DNA of 64,000 nt from a virus: positions 32,001 through 96,000 of the IMG/VR virus record IMGVR_UViG_3300021364_000001; one strand, given 5' to 3'. Every line of letters starts with the position of its first letter. The stretch's first letter is position 1. The translations under genes were made by a program, and so were the position numbers. The notes under the pieces are model-generated. The model made no database searches. It saw only the letters and a list, made by a program, of their open reading frames with translations, and was not told the DNA's origin. Positions 10,571 through 20,150 of this stretch are shown piece by piece.

Positions 10571-10830
10571 ACGTCTTGATAGTTCTCAATAAGATGAGAC
10601 ATCTCAAAGAGAACTGGATGCATTTCCTCAGCAATCAGATAGTCAGACCATCTATATAGGTCTTCCATCTTTATGTGAGGATTGGTGTTTGCTTGTGCAA
10701 TAACGTCTCCATCATGGGGATCAAACCCTTCATCCTCAAAGGTGAAGGGCAGTCCATTGATCATAAAGACATTAACTATACATTCACATGAATCAAGATA
10801 ACAAAAAGCGTTAGTTACTTTGTACTTCAT
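10561..10830 (-). CDS. Hypothetical protein
   Basis: 89-aa ORF; its last codons overlap the tRNA-Thr 5' end. Confidence 0.6.
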   Translation of the reverse strand: MKYKVTNAFCYLDSCECIVNVFMINGLPFTFEDEGFDPHDGDVIAQANTNPHIKMEDLYRWSDYLIAEEMHPVLFEMSHLIENYQDVPD

Positions 10831-11035
10831 GTGCTTCCTCTTCCATCAACTTGGCGATACGATGCTCAATACTTGCTAATGCTTGTTTGACTGTATCTGC
10901 CTTGTTACTATGTAGTGTGGAACCGTCTTCGTATGCAAGAAGTGTATAGTGCCATTGGCAATCGATGTCACTATACCACATCTTTATGTCAAGATTCAAG
11001 TTCCTTCTGCATGGTGCTAAGTTCCTCGTTGACAT
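10811..11035 (-). CDS. Hypothetical protein, weak HicB N-terminal-like pattern
   Basis: MSTRNLAP...MWYSDIDCQWHYTL...ADTVKQALASIEHRI; start uncertain (11035 or 10981). Confidence 0.5.
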   Translation of the reverse strand: MSTRNLAPCRRNLNLDIKMWYSDIDCQWHYTLLAYEDGSTLHSNKADTVKQALASIEHRIAKLMEEEAHEVQSN

Positions 11036-11270
11036 ACTGTCGTACTCCTGCTGGATCGGGTTGCCACCCCTCTGGCATAGGGAGGGGTGGGTTATTAGCA
11101 GTCTCAATTACAGAGAGTGCCTTTTCATAATCAGGAACGGGAACCATTAGAACTGATGGTTTCCCCTCCTGAGTGATCTTAATTGTATGACCCCTCTCAC
11201 ATAGCGTCAAGCAGAAATCGAAATTCTCCTCAATTTCTTCCAATTTGACTTCGATGATCTGTGCGTTCAT
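10989..11270 (-). CDS. Phd/YefM-like (antitoxin-fold) protein
   Basis: IEVKLEEIEENFDFCLTLCERGHTIKITQEGKPSVLMVPVPDYE follows the Phd/YefM beta-alpha-beta-beta-alpha pattern. Confidence 0.55.
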   Translation of the reverse strand: MNAQIIEVKLEEIEENFDFCLTLCERGHTIKITQEGKPSVLMVPVPDYEKALSVIETANNPPLPMPEGWQPDPAGVRQYVNEELSTMQKELES

Positions 11271-11271
11271 A

Positions 11272-11466
11272 TCAGTTGAAAATATAGGTACGGTCCTCAG
11301 AGTCTAGTTTTTCTTGGAGGAAGGAACTGATGGTAGCAAAACCCTCAGCACCGTCTTCATTCCACTCGAACTGAACAGACTCTTGATAACCACAGTCATC
11401 TTCAATAACGATCTTACGCTCGTTGAAGTGAATGTAGGCGTGGTTGACGAAGTTAGGAGACATCAT
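11272..11466 (-). CDS. Hypothetical protein
   Basis: MMSPNFVNHAYIHFNERKIVIEDD... (64 aa); start overlaps the gp5 stop (TAATG). Confidence 0.65.
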   Translation of the reverse strand: MMSPNFVNHAYIHFNERKIVIEDDCGYQESVQFEWNEDGAEGFATISSFLQEKLDSEDRTYIFN

Positions 11467-14093
11467 TAGTTGAGCATGACAGGGAGACCATAGATTTGGG
11501 TGGGACCAAGGGCACACCCAAAGGCAGCAAGACCAGTACCGCATCCCATAGAGAGCAGACCGCTTGTCACCTGATTAACAATAGCACCGCTACCCGAGGT
11601 TACGATCTCACCTATGCCACCTGTTGGAGTGGCCACCAGTGTCATGTGTGCGCCAGCGTTGGATCCAGTCACAATGTCTGCCATACCGCAGGCAGTGGAG
11701 GTTCCGAGTGCCATACGAACATGCATGGAGGGAGAGGACGACACGGGTACGTCCATCGTAATGTCAACGATGGAACCATTAACCAGACTATATGAACCAG
11801 TGAACACTGGCATGGTCTGGAAAATTGCGATTACATCCATCCTACCACATGCCAGGAAAGATGTGATCCAGGATGCTTCGTTGACGATCTCACCAGTTGC
11901 TTTGTTGGTGATAGCAGTAGCAGAGGTGTGGACATCAGGGGCGTCGAGAGTAATACCCGAAACACCATTCATCTTCACTTGGTTACCTTGAATGGTAACG
12001 TCACCTTTGTAAGCAATAGCGTGGTCACCTGCCTTGGTTTGGAAGGACTTTGCTTCTTTCTCCCCTGCTTGGAGATTAACGTTCTTAGATGCACTGTTGA
12101 AAGACTTGAATGCACCTTGAACTGCTTTCAATGCAGACTCACCACCTTGTTGGAAGTCAGACTCTGCTTGCTTAGTCCACTGGTTGTCATCTTGGTTCAG
12201 AGCATTATCGCCCTTACCGCTTGCACCAGCGCCAGCACCATTACCTGTGTTCTCGTTGAAGGATCCGTTCACTTCCAGGTGGAAGTCACCCATCACTTTG
12301 AGATAGTAGTCACCTTCAATCGTATGAACCAGGTTGTTCTTGACGTTCTGAATCAAGTCGCGACCAAAGATCGCAGTCTCATTACTAGGAACGTTCTTGT
12401 GGACGTTACCCTTCTTATCTTCAAAGGTAGTAACACCACCAGGACCAGAACGGATGCGCTTCTCCTTCCCAGGTGTAGCGTCATCAATATCTCTGGCACC
12501 ATTCAAGAACAGTTTAGTTTCCATGGCATAGGTGTTGATGCCTTGGAAGAATGAATCAAAGTAATTACCCCCTGTCCCTTCTTCACCAAAGTCGGAACAG
12601 TCGTCACTAGTGTTACCACCAGGACCAGCGAGGGCATCACCAGGATTAGAACATTCGGTGGTCCCCAATAGTGGTAACCACCCTGTCGCTTTCGGTTTTC
12701 GTGCGCTCCTTCCACAATCAATGAACGATGCAATGAGACTCACGATCATTGCAATGATGTTCAGAACGTTAGAGAAGTTAGCAAGAACACTGAAATCAAT
12801 TTGCATCAACTTCTGCAAAGAAGTAGTGATCGAAGAAAGTTGATCGATCGTATTGATTGCAGAGATGATGGTGTTGAAGACCTTAGAGATCTGTTTGAGA
12901 ACCTTACAGATCGCTTTCTGAATACCACCGATTGCCTTGGTGACATAATCAGTGATCATCTTAAAGACTTGGTTGATCGCATTGGTAACCAAGTCCATTA
13001 TCTGGTCAACAAAACTTCCTAAGAAGTCCATTATATTTCCTATGGCATCGAGGAAACCAGGAACAGGTTGACAGAAAATGTCCTGAATGATCTGTTTGAT
13101 GATACTGATGATGGTAGTAACCACCGCCAGAGGAATGATACTAGCAAGTACGTTGACGAAAGCATCGATTGCTTGTCTCAACTGCTGAGCAAGAAGTTCC
13201 TTCAATGGTGCAACCATTGCAGTAACACCATTGGTAACATAGTTAGCGATATTACCAATTTGTTTGAGGATCTGGTTACCAGACTGAGCATGACCACTGA
13301 TAGTAGACACCAAACTACCACCAGAACCCACACCCAAAGAACCGATTTGAGTGCCCAATTCAGTGAGCATTCTCTTCAAGTCCTTGGTGAATCCACCAGA
13401 AGCACCACCAGTTTGTAGAGGACCACTAGTGCCATCAGCAATGCCACCTTCCATAGAAGGGACACCGATCGGGTTTGTATACACGTTGAACGGGTTCTCA
13501 ACTTCCGCTCTACTGATAGCACCACGGGTTTGCTCTTCACCACCCTCAGGACCACCAGGTGTTGCACCCTGACTCTTTACGAATGGAGCACCACCTTCAA
13601 CGTTCTGACCTGTGACTGCTTGACGCTGTGGAGATTGGAAAGCATACTCATCTTTCTCTGCCTCAGTAGAGTCAGCGATGGTCGTTCTGGACACATCAAT
13701 GTCACTACCTTCACTACCTTCTGATCCACCACCTTGTCCAGACTTCTTCTTGAATCCACGGAAGGCACCCATGACACATGGGAGTTGACCTTCATCACCA
13801 TCCATGAAGAAACCCATGACGAATGCACCCACTTGCAATTCACAAGTAGAACCAGCATTCTTGATCTGAGGTTTATCAGTAGGCAGCAAAACAGTTGCCC
13901 AAGGAAGTGCATCCGTAGGGAGATCTTCCAAATAAGAAGAAGAACCATCCTCTCCTACTTTCCCTTTCTGGTGCCAACCTACGATACGTACTTTGACACG
14001 ACCCAAGGAAGCAGGATCTTCTACGCTTTCAACTTCACCGACCCACCAGTTGAATCCATCTCTTCCAGCAAAATCAGTCTTCGTTCCTAACAT
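11466..14093 (-). CDS. gp5: Baseplate hub/tail spike protein gp5-like (OB-fold N-terminus; no recognisable lysozyme domain)
   Basis: FAGRDGFNWWVGEVESVEDPASLGRVKVRIVGWH...LPWATVLLP is the gp5 N-terminal OB motif; beta-helix-like repeats in the C-terminal half. Confidence 0.85.
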   Translation of the reverse strand: MLGTKTDFAGRDGFNWWVGEVESVEDPASLGRVKVRIVGWHQKGKVGEDGSSSYLEDLPTDALPWATVLLPTDKPQIKNAGSTCELQVGAFVMGFFMDGDEGQLPCVMGAFRGFKKKSGQGGGSEGSEGSDIDVSRTTIADSTEAEKDEYAFQSPQRQAVTGQNVEGGAPFVKSQGATPGGPEGGEEQTRGAISRAEVENPFNVYTNPIGVPSMEGGIADGTSGPLQTGGASGGFTKDLKRMLTELGTQIGSLGVGSGGSLVSTISGHAQSGNQILKQIGNIANYVTNGVTAMVAPLKELLAQQLRQAIDAFVNVLASIIPLAVVTTIISIIKQIIQDIFCQPVPGFLDAIGNIMDFLGSFVDQIMDLVTNAINQVFKMITDYVTKAIGGIQKAICKVLKQISKVFNTIISAINTIDQLSSITTSLQKLMQIDFSVLANFSNVLNIIAMIVSLIASFIDCGRSARKPKATGWLPLLGTTECSNPGDALAGPGGNTSDDCSDFGEEGTGGNYFDSFFQGINTYAMETKLFLNGARDIDDATPGKEKRIRSGPGGVTTFEDKKGNVHKNVPSNETAIFGRDLIQNVKNNLVHTIEGDYYLKVMGDFHLEVNGSFNENTGNGAGAGASGKGDNALNQDDNQWTKQAESDFQQGGESALKAVQGAFKSFNSASKNVNLQAGEKEAKSFQTKAGDHAIAYKGDVTIQGNQVKMNGVSGITLDAPDVHTSATAITNKATGEIVNEASWITSFLACGRMDVIAIFQTMPVFTGSYSLVNGSIVDITMDVPVSSSPSMHVRMALGTSTACGMADIVTGSNAGAHMTLVATPTGGIGEIVTSGSGAIVNQVTSGLLSMGCGTGLAAFGCALGPTQIYGLPVMLN

Positions 14094-14583
14094 TATCAGT
14101 AAGTGTATAGTCTAAGGTCCTGGCATTATTTAGACGCACAAACTCAAACATTCCTTCTTCGGGTAGTTTGCCCCATGCGAATTTGCCTGTTTCGGCATCA
14201 TACCCAGTATCCAAAGACTTATATATTTGTCCATTGAACTGGACTTCGCTTACTACTTTGGTGTTCCTGAGAATACAATCACCATCTAACTCACCGAACC
14301 ACCATCCATCAAAGTAACCGAATTTCCAAGAACAACTTGGTTCGTTGGTGAGTAAGTTGGTTGATTGAGTGAAGACAGTTACATCATTCTCGTATGTGAG
14401 ATCCACTTGAAAGTGGCGATAGGGGTTGTCTTCACCTTGGTAATTATACCAGGACTTCATTTCTAGTGTCAAGGGTGCAACTTTCGTATACAGAATGTTG
14501 ATCGTTGGCCACTTAGTTGGGTTTGATTGTGCTTGTTTCTTATTGAGGTAATGCCCCAATATCATCCTCTCAAATAAGGTCAT
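14074..14583 (-). CDS. cpeT: CpcT/CpeT-type phycobiliprotein lyase
   Basis: GHYLNKKQAQSNP..W, NPYR, DTGYD..GKFAWG motifs of T-type lyases. Confidence 0.85.
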   Translation of the reverse strand: MTLFERMILGHYLNKKQAQSNPTKWPTINILYTKVAPLTLEMKSWYNYQGEDNPYRHFQVDLTYENDVTVFTQSTNLLTNEPSCSWKFGYFDGWWFGELDGDCILRNTKVVSEVQFNGQIYKSLDTGYDAETGKFAWGKLPEEGMFEFVRLNNARTLDYTLTDNVRNED

Positions 14584-15148
14584 ACCATCCAGTCACAATA
14601 GTCTTCTCTTCATTGGGTGCTGGCAGACCTTTGTGCATATGTGTCCAGTCTGCTGGCCATATTAAGGTCAATCCTTTGACAGGTTTCACCTTACATTGCT
14701 GTGTCTCAAAGTATGTCTCTCCACCTTCTTCTACATCATTTAGATAAGTCATCCATGCCATGATTCTATTGGCACATTGTGGATGACCACTTCCTCTCTC
14801 ACAGTGTAATTTCTTAAACCCTCCGTTGGGAGGATACCATTGAATGTTGAAATCTTCTAGAAGATCCCACTTCATGGTTTTAAGTTGAGGATAAAAGTTG
14901 CAATATAACTTAGTAACTTCTGCTAGTTGATCAATAAAGTCAACAATCCTCCTGTCCTTGATATACCGAGGTATTGTCAAGTCTATGGAATCCTTAATAT
15001 CCTTGTCGATCCCGTTGCCATGGTGTCCTGGTTCCTTATCTAAGTAATCGCATGTATTGAAAAAGTCAATCACCCCATCACAGACTTCTGGACTTATCTT
15101 CCCACCACCGATAAAACTATACGGTGCATCTATATCTAAGTAATCCAT
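14570..15148 (-). CDS. 2OG-Fe(II) oxygenase
   Basis: LHCE...MTYLNDVEEGGET...WPADWTHMHKG pattern. Confidence 0.85.
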   Translation of the reverse strand: MDYLDIDAPYSFIGGGKISPEVCDGVIDFFNTCDYLDKEPGHHGNGIDKDIKDSIDLTIPRYIKDRRIVDFIDQLAEVTKLYCNFYPQLKTMKWDLLEDFNIQWYPPNGGFKKLHCERGSGHPQCANRIMAWMTYLNDVEEGGETYFETQQCKVKPVKGLTLIWPADWTHMHKGLPAPNEEKTIVTGWYDLI

Positions 15149-15214
15149 AAAGCCTCAAAGAACCCTGTCTCTCAACCCTGACAGTGTTGATTATAATGAT
15201 TTATTCAGTGGTTG

Positions 15215-15427
15215 TCAACAATCGTAGATTCTGCACTCGTCAGACTCAGGGTTCTGATCGCAGTACATCTCGAACGCAGTCGGATCGTGTCCGTCACCTG
15301 GGTGTCCTTGCTTCCATTGAGCGAGATCACTCAGTTCTGCCTCCAAGTGGCGGCGACGTTGTGCGGAAATGTTTGGATTATTCAGTTCGTCAACATCCGA
15401 TTGGATGTGCTTATCAATGTTTTCCAT
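15215..15427 (-). CDS. cp12: CP12 Calvin-cycle inhibitor (C-terminal Cys pair only)
   Basis: FEMYCDQNPESDECRIYD C-terminal CP12 motif; late promoter at 15454-15459. Confidence 0.92.
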   Translation of the reverse strand: MENIDKHIQSDVDELNNPNISAQRRRHLEAELSDLAQWKQGHPGDGHDPTAFEMYCDQNPESDECRIYDC

Positions 15428-15456
15428 TTAATACTAGTGTGATAGTATGATACTAT

Positions 15457-16875
15457 TTATTTGCCTTTGTTCTGGGGACTCACAGGAAGACTATCGCGGC
15501 ACAAGTAGAGTTCAGTCGTCATACCATTTTGATTGTAGACGTGCTTGACACCTTTGATAAGATATTTACCTGAGAACTGTCTGTCCTTACCCAGTTTGTT
15601 CTTGTTCTTCTGGATCGATTCTGGAATGACTACCTTGATCACGCCACCTGCATACACTGCTGTGTTACCTGGTACAGTAATCGTGAGCGTGTGGGTATTC
15701 AGCAGGAACCATCTCTGGTTAGCGTATGATGCTGCCACCAAAATACTGGCGCTCTCTTCTTCTGCACCACCGTCAGGTGAATTGGGTGCTTGCTGTGTCA
15801 ACTTGGGCAGAATCTTCAACTTAGTTCTAGTAGGGAACTCAGTCTCAAACTCCTCAGTAACCTTATCATCATATGGGAATCCCTTCTCCAAGGTAGATGC
15901 CTTATCGAAGATACTTCTCAGTCTGTTGACAACAGGACCAGTAACTGTACCTTCTGGTTTGCTATCACCTGTCGTTGCACTCGCTACTGGTAGTGAACTG
16001 GATGTAGGTGCTGCCATGACAACACCAAAGGTTGCTGTCTGATACACACCCTGTCTCAGTTTTTCCAGTTGGTTTGCTCTGTCTGGGTACTTGATATTTT
16101 CGATCTTGAACATGTTCAGAACAGGATCATCATCGTTGACGTTCTTCTGTCCATACTTGTACTCAGCGATGACACCCCCTTCACAGAGTAGATCGATAGA
16201 CTTGAAGTGGTATCCATTCTTGTTTTGGTAGAACACAAAACCAGACTGTCTCTTACCGATGTTACCTTTCTGCTTCTTACCCCCACCTTTTCCTTTGGTT
16301 CCTTTACCAGGAGAAGTTCTACTTACCTTATCTGTAAGATATGATATACAGTCAACAGGTCTCCAATTAGGAGAGATCACATTCATCTTAGTGTAAGGTT
16401 CAATCTCAATATCCTTCTTAGATACTCCGAGATGATCCTTCAACATTCTCTCTACAACATCATTCTTACCATTCTTTGCACCAAACAGACCGAAGGCACG
16501 GTTTGCTTCGTTCTTATACATCTCAGGAGCACCAAAGTGCAAGATATACATCTTGGCACGTTCACTCTTGATGACACTACCAATCTTATACATCTGCAAC
16601 GTTGCTTTGATCTTACCATCCTTGGCAGACTTTTTGCTGTCACCTTGACTAGCAAAGGTTTCAAACTCGATGTCTAACTTCTCAGTTCCATATAGTCTGG
16701 CGTCCAAGTCAGTAGAATCCAAGATCGCCATATCTAATCTGACGAATGGGGAATCAATAGACTCAAACCATGAGAACTCAGAGATGACACCTTTGATGTC
16801 CAGTTTCTCATCTTTGTCTCCACCTTTGAGGTGAAGATCTGCCTTGATTAGTTTATATGCTTTGGAATCTGCCAT
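15457..16875 (-). CDS. Baseplate hub protein, gp27-like
   Basis: EFSWFESIDSPFVRLDMAILDS N-terminus and ITVPGN...GKYLIKGVKH C-terminus resemble gp27/GpD hub proteins; position next to tape-measure-like genes. Confidence 0.65.
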   Translation of the reverse strand: MADSKAYKLIKADLHLKGGDKDEKLDIKGVISEFSWFESIDSPFVRLDMAILDSTDLDARLYGTEKLDIEFETFASQGDSKKSAKDGKIKATLQMYKIGSVIKSERAKMYILHFGAPEMYKNEANRAFGLFGAKNGKNDVVERMLKDHLGVSKKDIEIEPYTKMNVISPNWRPVDCISYLTDKVSRTSPGKGTKGKGGGKKQKGNIGKRQSGFVFYQNKNGYHFKSIDLLCEGGVIAEYKYGQKNVNDDDPVLNMFKIENIKYPDRANQLEKLRQGVYQTATFGVVMAAPTSSSLPVASATTGDSKPEGTVTGPVVNRLRSIFDKASTLEKGFPYDDKVTEEFETEFPTRTKLKILPKLTQQAPNSPDGGAEEESASILVAASYANQRWFLLNTHTLTITVPGNTAVYAGGVIKVVIPESIQKNKNKLGKDRQFSGKYLIKGVKHVYNQNGMTTELYLCRDSLPVSPQNKGK

Positions 16876-19800
16876 TACGCGATACTAACTGGTTCTGCAA
16901 AGATCTCGGCGGTGAGACCGAATCTGGGTCTAGCATATGCATTCGCTGGAATCTCATATGGTCCAGAAGCAGGCATGTCTACTTCTGCTGCCACCTGCTG
17001 TGGTGGAGATGAGTTACCACCAGCAGCAGGGAGTTGTGTACTAGTTAGGCTTACATTCTCACCCGCCTCTGCCTTTGCTTCATCTTCTGCTTTCTGCTTT
17101 GCAGCAAGTTGGTCACCACTCCTGGGTCTGAGGTCAGACTCATCGATACCTGCTGCCAGACCACCAGACGGTGTTCCACTACCCATCTCCTGAGCATCCT
17201 GAACATACTTTTTAAGGATGTCCATCTTGCCCATGAGTGCTTCCATAGGATTCTTTTTCTTCTCACCATGTGCTGTTTCCTCACCAGTTACAGGATCAAC
17301 TGAGACACCACCAGTGTTTGCAGATACTTGGGTATCGGTAGCAGTTCCCTGAGCAGTAGGACCATCACCCTCATAGTCACCCCATCCCATGCCGTCAAAG
17401 ATTCTCAACTTACCATCTTTGTTGACAATATCACCAGTCGCATACTTCTTATTAGGATCAAACTTAGGATAACCACCACCACTTAATGCTTTCAGCATCT
17501 CATCAACACCAATGTGAGCAGCATTGCTACCCACACCTGCATAATATGACTCACCTTTCTTGACCGCTCTGCTGTGACCCTGCATATCCTTAGGTACAGG
17601 AACTGCTGCCCAGACCTTAGCGAGTCTGATCATTGCTTCCTGAGGATTGTCTTTCATCATTCCAGGTGTCACACCTGCCTGTCCTTTCTCGATCAGGTGA
17701 ACAGCAATCTTCGTCTGGTTCTCAGCATTATACTTATCAGTCATCGGATCAAGTCCGACTGCCTTCGCTCTTGCAACCAAGAATCTGGGGAGGTTCTGCC
17801 ACTTACCTACGGCACCTGTTGCCTTCGCAGCAACCTGTGCGATTGTCATGTCTGTTGCACCAGGAAGTGTCGTACCAGGTGCCATGGCATCCCACTTACC
17901 GCGTGACTCTTCTCTTGCAATGAGATCCAAGACAGGAGCATATACACCACCAGATGCATATTTCTTGCCAGACTTACACCAGGGGCAGAATGGACCAGAG
18001 ATGCCTAGGTTGAGGTTACCACCTGTTGCCATTTCTTTGGCATCAGCAGCATAGTCTCCAATAAGTCCAGCATTACCAGTAAAGAATGCTGCCATTTTCT
18101 CGGCAGAAAGATATGAACTAGTAGAGTCAAAAGTATTAGTAGTGCTACCCTCACTACTACCTGACTGGTTGTTAGTATTGGTGGCATTGTTCTTGGTGCT
18201 ACCTTTACTTGCTGCTGCTTTGGCGGGGTTGGGAGATCCTGCATCAGGAGGAACAGGAATCTCTGGCATACCAAGCATCTTTCTTACTTGGTTACGAATG
18301 ATGTGACCACCAGAACCTTTCTCACCATCCTTGGTTAGGTGCCACAAGTCCCAACGTGCGCCATCACCACCCCATGCAGTAGGACCATAGTTGTCATTGC
18401 CAGGCAGTTGTCCATCTTTACCAGATGCTGCCTCAGCATGGGTCATAATGTTCTTGACATTAATATCACTTTCTTTCCAACCACGCTTCTTAGCAATGTC
18501 AGCGATCTCTCCTGACAAAGATGAAATCTGTTTACCAGAAGGCCATACATAATTACCGCCAGATCCTGCCATGGCAGCAACTGCCATACCAATACCTTGA
18601 CCGTTTCTTAGATAAGTGTGTGCAACACCAGATCTCTGGTCATATGGGTGAGCACGATAGATGCTACCATCACCCTGAACAATAGAGTGATACTTACCTG
18701 ACTGTTTGAAGTTACCGCCACCAGCAGTCCAGTGGAGGAAGATCTTACCACCCTGTGCTAGTTTTCTAAGAGATTCCATCCCTGCCAGACGATTCTCTTC
18801 CTGAGAACCATCGCGACGTGGATTCTTGGTGTTAGATAGTTTACCACCCATAGCAAAAGAGGGAAGACTATATCCACCTGCCTTTGCCTGCTGCATTCTC
18901 AGACTGGTCAGACCGTTTCTTCCACCAGAAGTTGCAGGTGTGTTGAACGGAATTACGAATGCATCACCACCAGCGGAGCGTCTGCCTACCCACTCAGTAC
19001 CATGACCAATAAAGGATGTAGATGCACCACCATCTAGTGATACAGGATAACCAGACATAGGTCCAGTAATCCATCCACCACCTGCTGCTTTCTTCTTAAC
19101 CTTACCACCGTCTGCCTTCTCGTCCAGACCCTCATCGGAGAACATGTCACCGCTCATAGGAGCGCCGACCATGCCACCATTCTCTAAGGTTTCATCTAGT
19201 TCTGTCTTGCCTTCCTCTACACCAGGTGCCTTTGCTTTACTACCCAGAGCGATACCAAGTGCTCCGATACCAGCAATGCCCATCAGTGCCCATCCCATGC
19301 CAGATCCTACAAGGAAACTGACAACACCTTTCATCACATTGAAGACTGCCATCCCCATCTTGCTCATAAATCCAAAGACAGCATTCGCTAATCCTTTGGA
19401 TCCAAGACTACCCATCAACTTGAACAGAAGTCCAAGTCCTAGTTTGGCAACAGCAGCAGGTGCAAAGATAAGACCCAGTGCTGTTATGAATTTGAGTATA
19501 CCAAAGACACCTTCAAAACTAAATGGGTTCTCCATGAATGATACGATACCATCCAGACCCATGTTGATCAGGAATCCATAGGTATCCTTCAACCAAGTAC
19601 CAATCGCCTTGATTGCTTCAAGCATCTTCTTAATCTTCTTGATGTTCTCTGGATTAGAGAACCAGTCAAGAATTTCATACAGAACCAAAGTTCTAAACAG
19701 ATTCGAGAATAGAGATGCTAATCCCTTGAAGAATCCAAAGGCACCAGCAGCAACCTTCTTCGACTTCTCACCAAATGTCGATTTCTTATCTCTTTTCCCT

Positions 19801-20150
19801 TCTTGTAAGTTTTCTGCTTTCTTATCTTGCTCTAATCCTTCTGCTCTCTTCTTTGCCCTCTTCTGATCTTTTAGTCTCTTCTTCTCATCCTCAATATGAT
19901 CCTCACGGAGATTCAGGATTGCTTCCTGATTTTTCATGTAGGTGCCCATGAATCCCTTCATGGATGTAGTCATCTCTTCCATGACCACACCAATCGAGTT
20001 GGTGGTAGCACCCAGACTATTGATCGCCTTGATATTCTTTACAGCACCATCTGTGGGTTGCGTAACCGCCTTCCCACCAATCATGACAGTGATTCCTTTA
20101 CCACCTGTGGATGGGGGAGTTACATATTTGTAAAATCTTATCTTTGCCAT
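16875..20150 (-). CDS. Tape-measure/gp29-like protein with Amidase_2 and lysozyme-like domains
   Basis: Helical/hydrophobic N-half; IFLHWTAG...YH...AHTYLRN...IMTHAEA amidase motif; LDLIAREES...GAVGKWQ lysozyme-like motif. Confidence 0.75.
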   Translation of the reverse strand: MAKIRFYKYVTPPSTGGKGITVMIGGKAVTQPTDGAVKNIKAINSLGATTNSIGVVMEEMTTSMKGFMGTYMKNQEAILNLREDHIEDEKKRLKDQKRAKKRAEGLEQDKKAENLQEGKRDKKSTFGEKSKKVAAGAFGFFKGLASLFSNLFRTLVLYEILDWFSNPENIKKIKKMLEAIKAIGTWLKDTYGFLINMGLDGIVSFMENPFSFEGVFGILKFITALGLIFAPAAVAKLGLGLLFKLMGSLGSKGLANAVFGFMSKMGMAVFNVMKGVVSFLVGSGMGWALMGIAGIGALGIALGSKAKAPGVEEGKTELDETLENGGMVGAPMSGDMFSDEGLDEKADGGKVKKKAAGGGWITGPMSGYPVSLDGGASTSFIGHGTEWVGRRSAGGDAFVIPFNTPATSGGRNGLTSLRMQQAKAGGYSLPSFAMGGKLSNTKNPRRDGSQEENRLAGMESLRKLAQGGKIFLHWTAGGGNFKQSGKYHSIVQGDGSIYRAHPYDQRSGVAHTYLRNGQGIGMAVAAMAGSGGNYVWPSGKQISSLSGEIADIAKKRGWKESDINVKNIMTHAEAASGKDGQLPGNDNYGPTAWGGDGARWDLWHLTKDGEKGSGGHIIRNQVRKMLGMPEIPVPPDAGSPNPAKAAASKGSTKNNATNTNNQSGSSEGSTTNTFDSTSSYLSAEKMAAFFTGNAGLIGDYAADAKEMATGGNLNLGISGPFCPWCKSGKKYASGGVYAPVLDLIAREESRGKWDAMAPGTTLPGATDMTIAQVAAKATGAVGKWQNLPRFLVARAKAVGLDPMTDKYNAENQTKIAVHLIEKGQAGVTPGMMKDNPQEAMIRLAKVWAAVPVPKDMQGHSRAVKKGESYYAGVGSNAAHIGVDEMLKALSGGGYPKFDPNKKYATGDIVNKDGKLRIFDGMGWGDYEGDGPTAQGTATDTQVSANTGGVSVDPVTGEETAHGEKKKNPMEALMGKMDILKKYVQDAQEMGSGTPSGGLAAGIDESDLRPRSGDQLAAKQKAEDEAKAEAGENVSLTSTQLPAAGGNSSPPQQVAAEVDMPASGPYEIPANAYARPRFGLTAEIFAEPVSIA

